From: Minisyncoccota bacterium
GTDB taxonomy: Bacteria > Patescibacteriota > Minisyncoccia > UBA6257 > GWB1-50-10
Reading direction: 5' to 3'
DNA length: 64,000 nucleotides
Assembly: GCA_041917695.1 (NCBI GenBank)
Contig: JAYRXE010000037.1
Location: 609,013 to 673,012 of the forward strand
Below the pieces are notes generated by a model. That model searched no databases. It was not told the DNA's origin and worked only from the letters and a program-made list of their open reading frames with translations. The position numbers and the translations under genes are program-made. Within the stretch, counting starts at the first letter, position 1, and the number at the start of each line of letters is the position of its first letter. Below are positions 1 to 9,657 of the stretch, in pieces.

Positions 1-290
1 AAGGCATAGTTTTCCGAATGAATGCCGAAGCCGTCGAGCCCGATGGGCTCAAACACCTCAAAGCCCTGCATTCGCTTGAAACGGCCGTAAATGTCGCTTC
101 CAGTGAAGGCATACATGTTTCCCACGTGCAAACCTTCAGCCGAGGGGTAGGGAAACATCATGAGGTTATAGAAGGGCTTTTTGCCGCGCGTCAGCCCAAA
201 ATCCGGCTCGTATGTCTTTTCCTCCCTCCAGAGACGGGAATATTTCTTCTCGATCTTCGAGAAGTCGTATTTTTTCATTATTCCTATCCT
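1..290 (-). CDS. leuS: Leucyl-tRNA synthetase, N-terminal part (gene continues beyond the window start)
   Basis: Reverse-strand translation from the ATG at 290 reads MKKYDFSKIEKKYSRLWREEKTYEP...FYNLMMFPYPSAEGLHVGNMYAFTGSDIYGRFKRMQGFEVFEPIGLDGFGIHSENYA. This is the class-I synthetase N-terminus with a HIGH-like motif (P-S-A-E-G-L-H-V-G-N), typical of LeuRS. The gene is truncated by the window edge and is absent from the ORF track for that reason. Confidence 0.75.
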
Positions 291-393
291 AACGAAAAAG
301 GCCGCTTTTGGAAAAGGAAAAGCATTAATTGACTGATATTTAAAAAAATGTTTTACTCTAAAAACATTACAAATTTAATACCGGAGGATTGAA

Positions 394-912
394 TTGAAGA
401 TCGCTGATTTCATGAAGATTCGCTATTTCCGCGGCAGATCGCAGACAGCCGTTCTCCTGATAGACATGCAAATATCCTTTTTGGAAGCTCTTTCAATTGA
501 GGCGGCGCGCAAATTGGTAACCGCGCAGAAAAATATTCTGGCATATTGCGAAGAAAAGAGGATACCCGTCATCGTCATTGAATATGACGGCAAAACATTA
601 ACTTTGCCTGAATTAATTCATGGCGCCTCAAACGCATTCCACCTCAAAAAATGCCATGATGATGCATTCAAAAAAACGAACCTTGAATGGTTGCTTAAAA
701 AGCTCGGGGTTCGCTCGCTCTTTCTTATGGGAATATACGCAGCCAGTTGCGTCCTTCAAACTGCCCAAACCTCGATCCAAAAAGGGTTTGAGGTGCGTAC
801 AAGTATGGACGTATGCGACCATCCGCAAGGCTACCGCACCTGGTACCACAAAAACGGGCGCGTTGCAGGCACCGCCGAAGAGGCTATCAAACAGTTTTTA
901 ACACCGCCATAA
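394..912 (+). CDS. Isochorismatase-family cysteine hydrolase
   Basis: TTG start with a GGAGG ribosome-binding site at 384-388. The translation contains LLIDMQ and the hydrolase-core signature of the isochorismatase/nicotinamidase family. Confidence 0.65.
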   Translation: MKIADFMKIRYFRGRSQTAVLLIDMQISFLEALSIEAARKLVTAQKNILAYCEEKRIPVIVIEYDGKTLTLPELIHGASNAFHLKKCHDDAFKKTNLEWLLKKLGVRSLFLMGIYAASCVLQTAQTSIQKGFEVRTSMDVCDHPQGYRTWYHKNGRVAGTAEEAIKQFLTPP

Positions 913-922
913 CCGGCGGTTT

Positions 923-1762
923 TTATTTGCCGATATTGAAAACCTTTTCGGTGTTTTCCCGCGTGATTTCCGCCATACGATCATAGGAAACGCCTCGCAA
1001 TTCGGCCAAGCGCTTCACTACATGCACGACATATGCCGGCTCGTTGCGCTTTCCGCGATACAAAAGGGGCGCCACGTAGGGCGCGTCCGTTTCCACCAAA
1101 ATCCGGTCTTCCGGCATGAGCGCGATGATCTCCTCATAATCGGTCCCGCCTGCCCGCTTCGGGAGCGTGATAGCTCCCCCGAAGGTGAAAGAAAAGCCCA
1201 TTTCCAAGAGCGCGCGCGCTTCTTCGGCATTTCCCGCAAAGAAATGCGAGACGCCGGGGGCGGCATTCAAAAAGCCTTTTTCCTCGTCCAAGATGCGCAA
1301 AAGGTCCGGATAGGCAGACCGGCAATGGATCATAAGGGGCTTGCCCGCCTCATGAGCCAGCCGCATCTGCGCTTTAAAGGCTTCGCGTTGGCGCGTTTTA
1401 TACGCTTCCTCGTCCCCCGTTATCCGAAAATAGTCGAGGCCGCACTCGCCGATGGCAACCACTTTGGGATGGAGCGCGAGAGTCTTATAAAAATCGTAAT
1501 CAAAAATTTCTTCCGCTGTTTCTTCGCCTTCGTCCTTGTCGTGAAACGACGGAGAAGTGTGTATGGGGTGAAGACCAACCGTCGCCCACAATCCCTCGCC
1601 GCTTTCCGCGAGCATAATTGCCGAAGCGCTCGCCTCCTTGGAGGTGCCGACATTGATCATCCCGATACCCGCTTCCCGCGCGCGAAGAAGCATCTCCGCG
1701 CGGTCCGCATCGAATGCGGGAAAATGAGCGTGCGTATGCGCGTCGTAGAGAGTGATTTTCAT
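923..1762 (-). CDS. tatD: TatD-family metal-dependent DNase/hydrolase
   Basis: DAHTH, GECGLDY, IHCR and ETDAPY motifs. It sits directly downstream of metG, a conserved synteny. Confidence 0.85.
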   Translation of the reverse strand: MKITLYDAHTHAHFPAFDADRAEMLLRAREAGIGMINVGTSKEASASAIMLAESGEGLWATVGLHPIHTSPSFHDKDEGEETAEEIFDYDFYKTLALHPKVVAIGECGLDYFRITGDEEAYKTRQREAFKAQMRLAHEAGKPLMIHCRSAYPDLLRILDEEKGFLNAAPGVSHFFAGNAEEARALLEMGFSFTFGGAITLPKRAGGTDYEEIIALMPEDRILVETDAPYVAPLLYRGKRNEPAYVVHVVKRLAELRGVSYDRMAEITRENTEKVFNIGK

Positions 1763-1765
1763 AAA

Positions 1766-3229
1766 TTACTGGAGGCGCGGGAAAAGCGCCTCGATCTTTT
1801 GCACCGTGACCACGCTATCTTTCCGTATAACGCCGGATTGGATTTTCTGCGCCGTCTCAGGAAGGAAGGGAAGCAGTTCGCGGGCGACGGATTCGAGAAT
1901 ATAGACCAAATTCCGCATCACGTTCTTTTTTCCATCCGTGTCTTTTATTTTCCACGGCGCCGTCCGGTTCGCGTATTCATCGCCGAACGAAATGAGTTCC
2001 CAGAGCACCGCAAGCGATTCATTGAAACGAAACGTTTCGCTCTCCTTCCGCACCTTCACCAGCAACTCTTGCGTCCTTTCCGCCACTCCGGAGTCCAACG
2101 CTTCACCTTCCCCGAACGCCATGCCATTGGCGAGCGTCGAAACGCGCGCGGCGAAATTACCGATGCCGTTCGCGAGGTCGGCGTTGTACCTGACCTTGAA
2201 TTTTTCCATGCTGAAATCGCCGTCCTCGTAGGCGGGAATCTCGCGCAGGAGATAGTACCGCACCGCATCGGCGCCGAATTCATTTATAAGCATCATGGGG
2301 TCTACGACGTTTCCAACCGTCTTCGACATTTTCTGCCCTTCGACCGTCACGTAGCCGTGTACGAATTCGCAAGTTGGAAGGGGCAATCCTGCGGACAGGA
2401 GCATCGCCGGCCAATAGGCCGCGTGGAAGCGGATAATTCCCTTCCCGATCACGTGGAGCTTCTCCGCGTCCCCTTCCCAAAATGCCGCATAGGGACCCTC
2501 CTTTTCCGGATAACCCAGTCCCGAGATGTAATTGGCGAGCGCGTCGTACCATACGTACATGGTTTGCGTCTCGTCCTCCGGCACCGGCACGCCCCATCCG
2601 CGGGCGCGGGAAGCCGGACGGGAAACGGAAAAATCCTGGAGGCCGCGGGAAGCGAGCGAAAGGATTTCGTTTTTCCGCGTCTCGGGAACGATGCGGAGCG
2701 TGCCGGTTTCAATCAATTCCTTTATTTTCCCCGAATAGTTCGAGAGCTTGAAAAAATAATTCTCTTCCTCGACTACTTCGAGTTTTTTTCCGGGATGCTC
2801 CGGGCATTCGCCGTTTATGAGTTCATCCGGCGAATAGAAAGCTTCACACCCGGTGCAATAGAGGCCTGAATATGATTTTTTATATATATCTTCCTTTTTC
2901 GTCGCGTTCCATAACGCTTGCGCGGCTTTAACGTGGCGCGGATCGCTCGTGCGGACGAATCCGTCTACCGACACGTTAAGTGCGGCTAAAAGCTCCTCGA
3001 ATTTCTTCGCATTGCGGTCGACGAGCTCCATCACGGTAACGCCCTCCGCTTCTGCGGCGGCGACGTTTTTCATCGCGTTCTCGTCCGCGCCGGAAAGAAA
3101 AAAAACCTCCCGGCCCGCCGCGCGATTCATGCGGGCGAGCGCGTCCGCCTGAACGAACTCAAGCGCATGTCCGATATGCGGCGCCGCGTTCACATACGGA
3201 ATGGCAGTCGTAATAAACAGTTTTTTCAT
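1766..3229 (-). CDS. metG: Methionyl-tRNA synthetase (short form lacking the C-terminal extension)
   Basis: HIGH (PHIGHA) and KMSKS (KMSKT) motifs. CxxC zinc knuckles (CTGC...CPEH) are present. Confidence 0.9.
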   Translation of the reverse strand: MKKLFITTAIPYVNAAPHIGHALEFVQADALARMNRAAGREVFFLSGADENAMKNVAAAEAEGVTVMELVDRNAKKFEELLAALNVSVDGFVRTSDPRHVKAAQALWNATKKEDIYKKSYSGLYCTGCEAFYSPDELINGECPEHPGKKLEVVEEENYFFKLSNYSGKIKELIETGTLRIVPETRKNEILSLASRGLQDFSVSRPASRARGWGVPVPEDETQTMYVWYDALANYISGLGYPEKEGPYAAFWEGDAEKLHVIGKGIIRFHAAYWPAMLLSAGLPLPTCEFVHGYVTVEGQKMSKTVGNVVDPMMLINEFGADAVRYYLLREIPAYEDGDFSMEKFKVRYNADLANGIGNFAARVSTLANGMAFGEGEALDSGVAERTQELLVKVRKESETFRFNESLAVLWELISFGDEYANRTAPWKIKDTDGKKNVMRNLVYILESVARELLPFLPETAQKIQSGVIRKDSVVTVQKIEALFPRLQ

Positions 3230-3230
3230 A

Positions 3231-4253
3231 TCAGGCTGCCGCGGCGCGGCGCTTTTCCTTTTTTTCCGCCAAATAATCGAAGGTCTCCTGCGCCATCACG
3301 GCAATGGGAACGGCAAGCAGAATACCGATAAAACCGGCGATTTTCCCGCCGGCGAGGAGCGAGGTGACCACCACGACGGGGTGGACGTTCATCGTTTTTC
3401 CGATAATCATCGGAATCAGGATGTGATTCTCGAATTGCTGGACCGCCACGAAAAAGACGAGCGCGTAGAGCCCCAAGACGAATGAATCCGAGACGGCGAC
3501 GAGAAACGCGATAACCCCGACGATAACCGGCCCGATCACCGGCACCAATTCGAGTATCATGGCAAGAATACCGAGCAAAATAGCGTACCGCACCCCGAGG
3601 AACCACAGTCCCGCGGCAACGAGAACGCCCACGACGACGGACAAGAGCAATTGGGCGCCGAACCATTTGCGTATCTTCACCTTAAAGCGGTTGAACACCT
3701 TTAAAACGTCCTTCTCATACGCATCCGGCAGGATAACGCCGAGCAAGCGTTCCGTGCCGTCCTTTTGGATGCACAAATAAAATGCGATAAGAAACGTGGC
3801 GACCACCGACACGACGGTCGTAAAGATGGAAGCGATGGTTCCCGCAAACGATACGTCGAATTCGGACAGGACGCCGAAAAATCGGTCGCGGCCGAAGGTG
3901 AGTGCATCCACCAAGTTGTCCGGCAAACCGACGCCGAAGATGGTATAGGTAATCTCGTGGATATGCTTTAAAAAGTTCGAGGCTTCGAGCATCAGCACCG
4001 GAATGAAGAAATACAAAGCGAGCGCGACGATAAGAGCGCCCGTCACGAAGACGAGGATCGTCCCCGGCAGGCGGCGGATCTTTTTCGTCTCGAGGTACGT
4101 GATGAGCGGATCAAGCGCGAGCGACAGCACGATGGCGACGAAAAGGATGCCGATTACGTCGCGTGCCAGGTATGCCGCGGTGATGAGAAGGCCAAAAACG
4201 AGGAGCTTCCACAGCGTGTGCCAGCTCACTTCGATTTGGGTAAATTCCTTCAT
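3231..4253 (-). CDS. AI-2E family transporter (PerM/YhhT-like, UPF0118)
   Basis: Polytopic membrane protein, 340 aa, with a charged C-terminal tail, as typical for the family. Its stop is 2 nt from the metG start. Confidence 0.7.
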   Translation of the reverse strand: MKEFTQIEVSWHTLWKLLVFGLLITAAYLARDVIGILFVAIVLSLALDPLITYLETKKIRRLPGTILVFVTGALIVALALYFFIPVLMLEASNFLKHIHEITYTIFGVGLPDNLVDALTFGRDRFFGVLSEFDVSFAGTIASIFTTVVSVVATFLIAFYLCIQKDGTERLLGVILPDAYEKDVLKVFNRFKVKIRKWFGAQLLLSVVVGVLVAAGLWFLGVRYAILLGILAMILELVPVIGPVIVGVIAFLVAVSDSFVLGLYALVFFVAVQQFENHILIPMIIGKTMNVHPVVVVTSLLAGGKIAGFIGILLAVPIAVMAQETFDYLAEKKEKRRAAAA

Positions 4254-4255
4254 GG

Positions 4256-5524
4256 TTACAGTTTCACTATATCACCGAACTTCCCGCCCTTGAACGGCCC
4301 GATGAGCGACAAGCTTTGCCGGTCGTCGGTGAAGAGCTCGCGGGCGAGGCGATGCACTTCCTTCGCCGTAACCGCCCGTATTTTCCGTTCGATGTCCTTC
4401 GGGGACTCGGATTTCCCGTAGACGGCCTCCTGTGCCCCGTAAAAATTGGCGATGCTGTTCGAGGTTTCGAGTGAAATGGAAAGGCGCCCGCACAGGTGTT
4501 TTTTTGACCGCTCAAGCTCTTCCCGCGTAATCCCGTTTTCCGCGATATCCTTGCATTCGGCGCGAATGGCCTTCAAAACAGCCTCCACTTTCCCGTGGTT
4601 CGCCCCGACGCCGATATAGAAAGCGCCCCGGTCGGAATTGAATTCGCTGTCGGCATATACGTAATATGCCGCGCCCAGTTCCTCGCGGACGGCGTGCCAC
4701 AACCGCGAACTCATGCTCCCTCCGAGCACGTCCTCGAGGACGGCAAGCGCGTGGCGGCGTTTGTCCCATCCCGAGAAAGACTCAAAACGCACCAAGAGAT
4801 GGGTCTGATCAACTTTCTTTTGAACGACTTTCTCCTTATATCCCCTGGGCGCCGGACGCATGCGAGCCTTTTTCGGCGATACGGGACCGCGCAAAGCCCC
4901 AAAACGCTTCCGGACGAGCGCAACGCCTTTGGCGACCGGAAAATTTCCCGCGACGACGACCACGGTGTTCTTCGGCACGTAGTGCCGGCGGTGATATGCG
5001 ACAAAATCCTTCCGCTTAAAGCGCTTGATATTATTTTCCGTACCGAGAGTATCTCTGCCGACCGGCTGATCTCCGTACACGAGATTGTTCGCGAGCAGAT
5101 AGACCTTCGTTTCCGGCTTATCTTCGTACATGTGCATCTCTTCGATGATGACGCCCCGCTCCTTCTCGATTTCTTTTTCGTCGAACGTCGAATTCAAATA
5201 AATATCGGAAACGATATCGAACGACTGTTCAAAAAAAGCGCTCCCCACTTTCACGTAATACGCGGTTACTTCCCGGTCGGTAAACGCGTTATACTGCGCA
5301 CCCATTTCATCCAGCTCCCGGGTGATCGCCCGGGACGAGGGCCGCTTTTCCGTTCCCTTGAAGCAGAGGTGCTCGAGGAAATGCGAAATGCCGTTCTCCG
5401 CCTTCGATTCATAATCGGCGCCGGTGTTGACGAGGACGATTGAAGTGACCGCCACGCTTTGAGGGTTTGGAATAAAGACCGCCCGGAGGCCGTTTGGGAG
5501 CGTTATTTTTTTATAGGCATGCAT
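4256..5524 (-). CDS. M16-family (pitrilysin/insulinase-like) zinc peptidase
   Basis: Inverted zinc-binding motif HFLEH near the N-terminus. Length is 422 aa. Confidence 0.8.
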   Translation of the reverse strand: MHAYKKITLPNGLRAVFIPNPQSVAVTSIVLVNTGADYESKAENGISHFLEHLCFKGTEKRPSSRAITRELDEMGAQYNAFTDREVTAYYVKVGSAFFEQSFDIVSDIYLNSTFDEKEIEKERGVIIEEMHMYEDKPETKVYLLANNLVYGDQPVGRDTLGTENNIKRFKRKDFVAYHRRHYVPKNTVVVVAGNFPVAKGVALVRKRFGALRGPVSPKKARMRPAPRGYKEKVVQKKVDQTHLLVRFESFSGWDKRRHALAVLEDVLGGSMSSRLWHAVREELGAAYYVYADSEFNSDRGAFYIGVGANHGKVEAVLKAIRAECKDIAENGITREELERSKKHLCGRLSISLETSNSIANFYGAQEAVYGKSESPKDIERKIRAVTAKEVHRLARELFTDDRQSLSLIGPFKGGKFGDIVKL

Positions 5525-5576
5525 AGACGTACTCCCATAGTATCGCGGAGGAGGCGCTCATGCAAAAAAACCAGGC

Positions 5577-6242
5577 CTATTCCTTCTTCAGATAATACGC
5601 GAAGTATATGAAGGGCGTGGAAACAAGCCCTACGAGGAGTTTCGCAAAAAATCCCGCCGCGGCGATACCCACCACCATCTCCGCGGACATCGCCCCGTAG
5701 AACGCCAGGGGGAAAAAGATAAGGCTGTCGATCATTTGAACAACCACGGCGGCCGAACCGTTCCTAATCCACAGATTTTTCGTCTTCTTCTTCAGCCGCT
5801 CATAAAAACCAATAGCTACCGATTGGCTGACGATGAAGGCAATAAGACTCGCGATTCCTATCCGCGGGACCATTTGGAAGACCCCGCGGATAGCTTCATC
5901 AAATACCCGGCTCGCCGGCGCGCCCCCGGCGCTCACCGTAAGCTCCGCGAGGATGAGGGAAAAGATGAGAAGCGCCGACGATTGCCACACCGCGCGCAAT
6001 GCCACCGCTTTCCCATGGAATTCAAGAATCAAGATGATGGCATAGAAAATCGAGGCATAAAAAACGTTTCCGGCATTCATGGTAAAACCGAACACGGAGA
6101 CTATTTTTGAGCCCAAGGTCGTAATAAGAAGAAGGTTCACCACGATGGTCCCGTAGAGCCACTCCTTCCCGAAACGCGAAAGCAGCGTGATGAAAAACAA
6201 CTCGATCAGTATCCGCCCGATATAGAGAATCCCCCCTTCCAT
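5577..6242 (-). CDS. YhhQ/DUF165 family membrane protein (putative queuosine-precursor transporter)
   Basis: A 221-aa polytopic membrane protein with a conserved QMIDS segment, as in the vitamin-uptake-like transporter family. Confidence 0.55.
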   Translation of the reverse strand: MEGGILYIGRILIELFFITLLSRFGKEWLYGTIVVNLLLITTLGSKIVSVFGFTMNAGNVFYASIFYAIILILEFHGKAVALRAVWQSSALLIFSLILAELTVSAGGAPASRVFDEAIRGVFQMVPRIGIASLIAFIVSQSVAIGFYERLKKKTKNLWIRNGSAAVVVQMIDSLIFFPLAFYGAMSAEMVVGIAAAGFFAKLLVGLVSTPFIYFAYYLKKE

Positions 6243-6295
6243 ATATTGATGATACCATCCTCCCTGCGAAGAGACCCGAAAAACATCCCTCGCGT

Positions 6296-8326
6296 GTGAT
6301 AGGATTAACCTATACGGCCCCTATGAAGAAGGACTCCCCGCGCATTTCCGAAAACTATTATCGGAATATCTTTTTTGCTTTTCTTATCACGCTCGCCGCG
6401 GGAGCCGCCCTCGTCTCTGCGATCGGACCCATAACCCGCACGCTTGATGCCGGAACGGCCAAGCGCTCAACTTCCTTTGCCGAGGACGGCATCAACGCGG
6501 AATTCCGGAAGCTTTCCCAAGAGGTACGGGAACTCGCGGCATCAAAAGTCATCTCCTTTTATTTGGAAAAAGGCGATAGGGAGAAGCTTCTCGCCTATTC
6601 CGTAGAAGAGGCCCGCCGGCGCGGATTGGACGGACTTCTCATCACCGACAAGGACGGCATGGTGCTTTCCCGCGCCTCGCTTGCGATGCGGCAAGGAGAC
6701 TACGTTTCCCAAACGACCGGCTGGGGACGCGCACTCACCATGGGCGAGAAGGTCGCCTCCATAGAAGCGACGACAAACGGCGGAACCTCCCTTATCGCGG
6801 GAGAGCCGCTTTTTAACAACGGGGAACAAATCGGCGGCGTTGCGGTAGGCTATGCTTTGAATGACGCCCGCGCGAAAAATTTTCGCGACACCTATTTTGG
6901 CGCCGGGAATGAAATTGTATTTGCGAACCGCGAAGGAAGCGCGCTTGGCAGCAGTTTTGAAAACGGCACCATCCCCGTATCCCTGCAGTCGTATTTCAAA
7001 ACCGAAGGGCCGCGCGAAAATACCGCCCCCATGCAGATTCGCATCAAGGACAAATATTACGTCGTAAGTGCCCTTACCCTCCACGGTCTTGCAGACGAAT
7101 CGGGCAAGCTTTTCATATTGACCCCCAATCCCGTGCCGGCCAACGCCTTGCTTTTCGCCGTTCTTCTCGCGCTGATCTTTTTGGTTTCCGAGGTATTCAT
7201 TCACCGCGCAAGCAAAGGCGCCAGGCGCGAACGCTCGCACATCATTCTTATTGTTGCCCTCACGCTTTCCATCTACTTTGCCTCCACGGCGCTCCTCGTC
7301 GCCGTTATGGACCGGCAGGCATCGGTCGCGCTCACGCCCGAATACTCCATGTATAACTCGACGATATCATTCCAGCCCGATGCGAATCTCGTGCGCGAAA
7401 ACACCGAACAAGTGATCAGTATTGAGACAAAAAGCGGCGGCGAGGCGGTGAATGTCGTGAGCGCCGAAGTTCTCTTCGACCCCCGGAAAGCGGAGATCCT
7501 TGAAATCAGCACGGCGCGGTCGTTTTGCGAGAAAGAATTTTTCCTTGAACGGGATATCGACAATGATGCGGGACGCGCGCAGATTACCTGCGTTCTGCCT
7601 TCGCCGGGCTTTGCCGGAGACGGCGTTCTCGCCGATCTTATTATCCGCCCCTTATCCATAGGAACCTTCTCGCTTACCTTTGGAACCAGTACGCAAGTGC
7701 TCGCAAACGACGGATTGGGCACCAGCGTCCTCCGCGATCAGACGAACGGTTCGTACCGCGTCGCCCCGCTTGATTTTTCTTCCAGCTCGGAATTCGTCCT
7801 GTATTCGCCGAGCCACCCCAACAGCGAGCGATGGTACGACAACAACATCCTTTCGTTCGTATGGCCCTCGGCATCGCGGGATACGACCTTCTTCTACGCC
7901 CTGAGCGACGCTCCTCTCTCGCCGGCTGAACTAAAAGCACGCGGCGTGCGGACTTCCTTGAGCGAAGCAACGACGACCGCGCCGCAGGACGGCATCTTCT
8001 TTTTCAACCTCCTTAAAGAAGGTGCGAAAACGCCCGCGACATACCTCGTACGCATCGACACAACGCCTCCAGAGGCGCCCCGCATAAAGGCCAGCACCTC
8101 GGTTCCGCGCCCGAATGAAGTCGTACGCTTCGAATTCGGAACCCGCGACGACGGAAGCGGCCTTCAACGCGGTTACTATGTAAAAATAGACGGGGGACTT
8201 TACCTTCCCGTGGGCGAACGGCTTTTCACCTCTTTTGCGAGACCGGGAACGCATACGGTTGTCATCCGCGCATTCGATAAAGCCAATAACTGGAGCGAGT
8301 CCGAAATGACGATTGAAGTCAAATAA
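6296..8326 (+). CDS. Membrane-anchored surface protein (hypothetical). It has an N-terminal TM segment, a sensor-like extracellular domain, a second TM segment, and C-terminal beta-rich cohesin-like and Ig-like domains
   Basis: Long ORF with clear TM segments at about aa 25-45 and 280-330. The C-terminal 350 aa are beta-rich. A bidirectional terminator follows at 8325-8351. The true start may be the ATG at 6323 (MKKDSP). Confidence 0.5.
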   Translation: MIGLTYTAPMKKDSPRISENYYRNIFFAFLITLAAGAALVSAIGPITRTLDAGTAKRSTSFAEDGINAEFRKLSQEVRELAASKVISFYLEKGDREKLLAYSVEEARRRGLDGLLITDKDGMVLSRASLAMRQGDYVSQTTGWGRALTMGEKVASIEATTNGGTSLIAGEPLFNNGEQIGGVAVGYALNDARAKNFRDTYFGAGNEIVFANREGSALGSSFENGTIPVSLQSYFKTEGPRENTAPMQIRIKDKYYVVSALTLHGLADESGKLFILTPNPVPANALLFAVLLALIFLVSEVFIHRASKGARRERSHIILIVALTLSIYFASTALLVAVMDRQASVALTPEYSMYNSTISFQPDANLVRENTEQVISIETKSGGEAVNVVSAEVLFDPRKAEILEISTARSFCEKEFFLERDIDNDAGRAQITCVLPSPGFAGDGVLADLIIRPLSIGTFSLTFGTSTQVLANDGLGTSVLRDQTNGSYRVAPLDFSSSSEFVLYSPSHPNSERWYDNNILSFVWPSASRDTTFFYALSDAPLSPAELKARGVRTSLSEATTTAPQDGIFFFNLLKEGAKTPATYLVRIDTTPPEAPRIKASTSVPRPNEVVRFEFGTRDDGSGLQRGYYVKIDGGLYLPVGERLFTSFARPGTHTVVIRAFDKANNWSESEMTIEVK

Positions 8327-8351
8327 AAAATCCGCCTTTCGGCGGATTTTC
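8325..8351. terminator. Bidirectional terminator (AAAAATCCGCC-tttc-GGCGGATTTT)
   Basis: Between the convergent 6296 gene and glyQS. Confidence 0.7.
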
Positions 8352-8352
8352 C

Positions 8353-9657
8353 TTACGAAAGTTTCGAAGCGAGAAATTCTCCGAGGTCATCCGCATGGAT
8401 GCGCTCCTGCGCCATCGTGTCTCGGTTCCGCACCGTTACCGTTCCATCCTCAAGCGTCTCAAAATCAACGGTAATGCAGAACGGCGTACCCGCCTCGTCC
8501 TGCGCGCGGTACCGCTTGCCGATATTCCCCCGGTCATCCCACGCAATCATGTGTTCCTTCTTCAAATCCGCGCAAATTCCTTCCGCGCGTTTCACCAACT
8601 CCGGCTTATTCGCCAAAAGCGGAAAGACGGCGGCCTTATAGGGAGCCAGCCGCGGATGAAGCTTCAAGACCGAGCGCGACTCGCCGTTCTCAAGCTTTTC
8701 TTCCGCATACGCATCCATGAGGAAAAAGAGCGCGGCGCGGTCGACCCCGCCCGACGTTTCGATGATGAACGGCAGATAACGCTCTTTCGTTTCCTCGTCG
8801 AAATACCCCATATCCTTCCCCGAAAATTTCTCGTGGCGGGAAAGGTCGAAATCGCCCCGGTGATGAATGCCTTCCATTTCCTTCCATTCATCCCCCGCAC
8901 GATACTCGATGTCGCATGCCGCCCGGGCGTAATGCGCGAGCTCGTCCGGCGCATGGTCCTTGAAATGCAGATTTTCCTCGCGCATCCCAAGGGATACGTA
9001 GAATTTCATGCGCTCCTCCTTCCAATATTCGAACCAATTCCGCGATTCCTCGTCCGAGGGCTTTACGTAGAATTGCACTTCCATCTGCTCGAATTCGCGC
9101 GACCGGAACGTGAAACCGCCCGGCGTGATTTCGTTCCGGAACGCCTTGCCGACCTGCGCGATGCCGAAGGGCAGCTTCACGCGCGATGAGTCAAGCACGT
9201 TTTTAAAATTCACATGCACGCCCTGCGTGATTTCTCCGCGGAGGTACGTTTTTGTCTTTTCGCCTTCAATGACGCCGAGATACGTCTCGACCATCAGATT
9301 GAACGCCTTCGGCTCGGTCAGCTCCCCGCCGCAATCGGGACAGACGTTTTTGTCCAATTGGTCCGCCCGAAAACGATGGTGGCATTTCTTGCACTCTACG
9401 AGAGGATCGCTGAAGGACTCCAAGTGGCCGGAAGCCTCCCATACCTTCGGGCTCATAAGGATTGCCGCATCGAGACCGACGATATCCGTGCGCGATTGCA
9501 CCACCCGGCGCCAAAACTCGTTTTTTATGTTGCGCTTCAATTCGACGCCCAACGGGCCGTAATCCCACGTCCCGGCAAGGCCGCCGTAGATTTCCGAACC
9601 TTGATAGATGAAGCCGCGGCGCTTCGCGAGCGATGCTATGTTTTCGAAATTATTCAT
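8353..9657 (-). CDS. glyQS: Glycyl-tRNA synthetase, dimeric (alpha2) type
   Basis: Class-II synthetase with the zinc-knuckle insertion CKKCHHRFRADQL...CPDCGG and the GGxDR-like motif (SGGVDRAALF). Confidence 0.9.
   Translation of the reverse strand: MNNFENIASLAKRRGFIYQGSEIYGGLAGTWDYGPLGVELKRNIKNEFWRRVVQSRTDIVGLDAAILMSPKVWEASGHLESFSDPLVECKKCHHRFRADQLDKNVCPDCGGELTEPKAFNLMVETYLGVIEGEKTKTYLRGEITQGVHVNFKNVLDSSRVKLPFGIAQVGKAFRNEITPGGFTFRSREFEQMEVQFYVKPSDEESRNWFEYWKEERMKFYVSLGMREENLHFKDHAPDELAHYARAACDIEYRAGDEWKEMEGIHHRGDFDLSRHEKFSGKDMGYFDEETKERYLPFIIETSGGVDRAALFFLMDAYAEEKLENGESRSVLKLHPRLAPYKAAVFPLLANKPELVKRAEGICADLKKEHMIAWDDRGNIGKRYRAQDEAGTPFCITVDFETLEDGTVTVRNRDTMAQERIHADDLGEFLASKLS

Noticed and set aside
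1022-2869. A 615-aa ORF on the plus strand, and similar long ORFs at 15561-16175(-), 20096-21739(+), 41885-43249(-), 49742-50971(-), 59017-60327(-), 8395-9189(+), 9633-10980(+)
   Set aside because: All lie antisense to or overlap strongly supported genes (metG/tatD, valS, hppA, gyrA, pnp, VirB6-like, glyQS, surface protein). Their translations are Arg/His/Gly-rich low-complexity strings typical of spurious open frames in GC-rich DNA.
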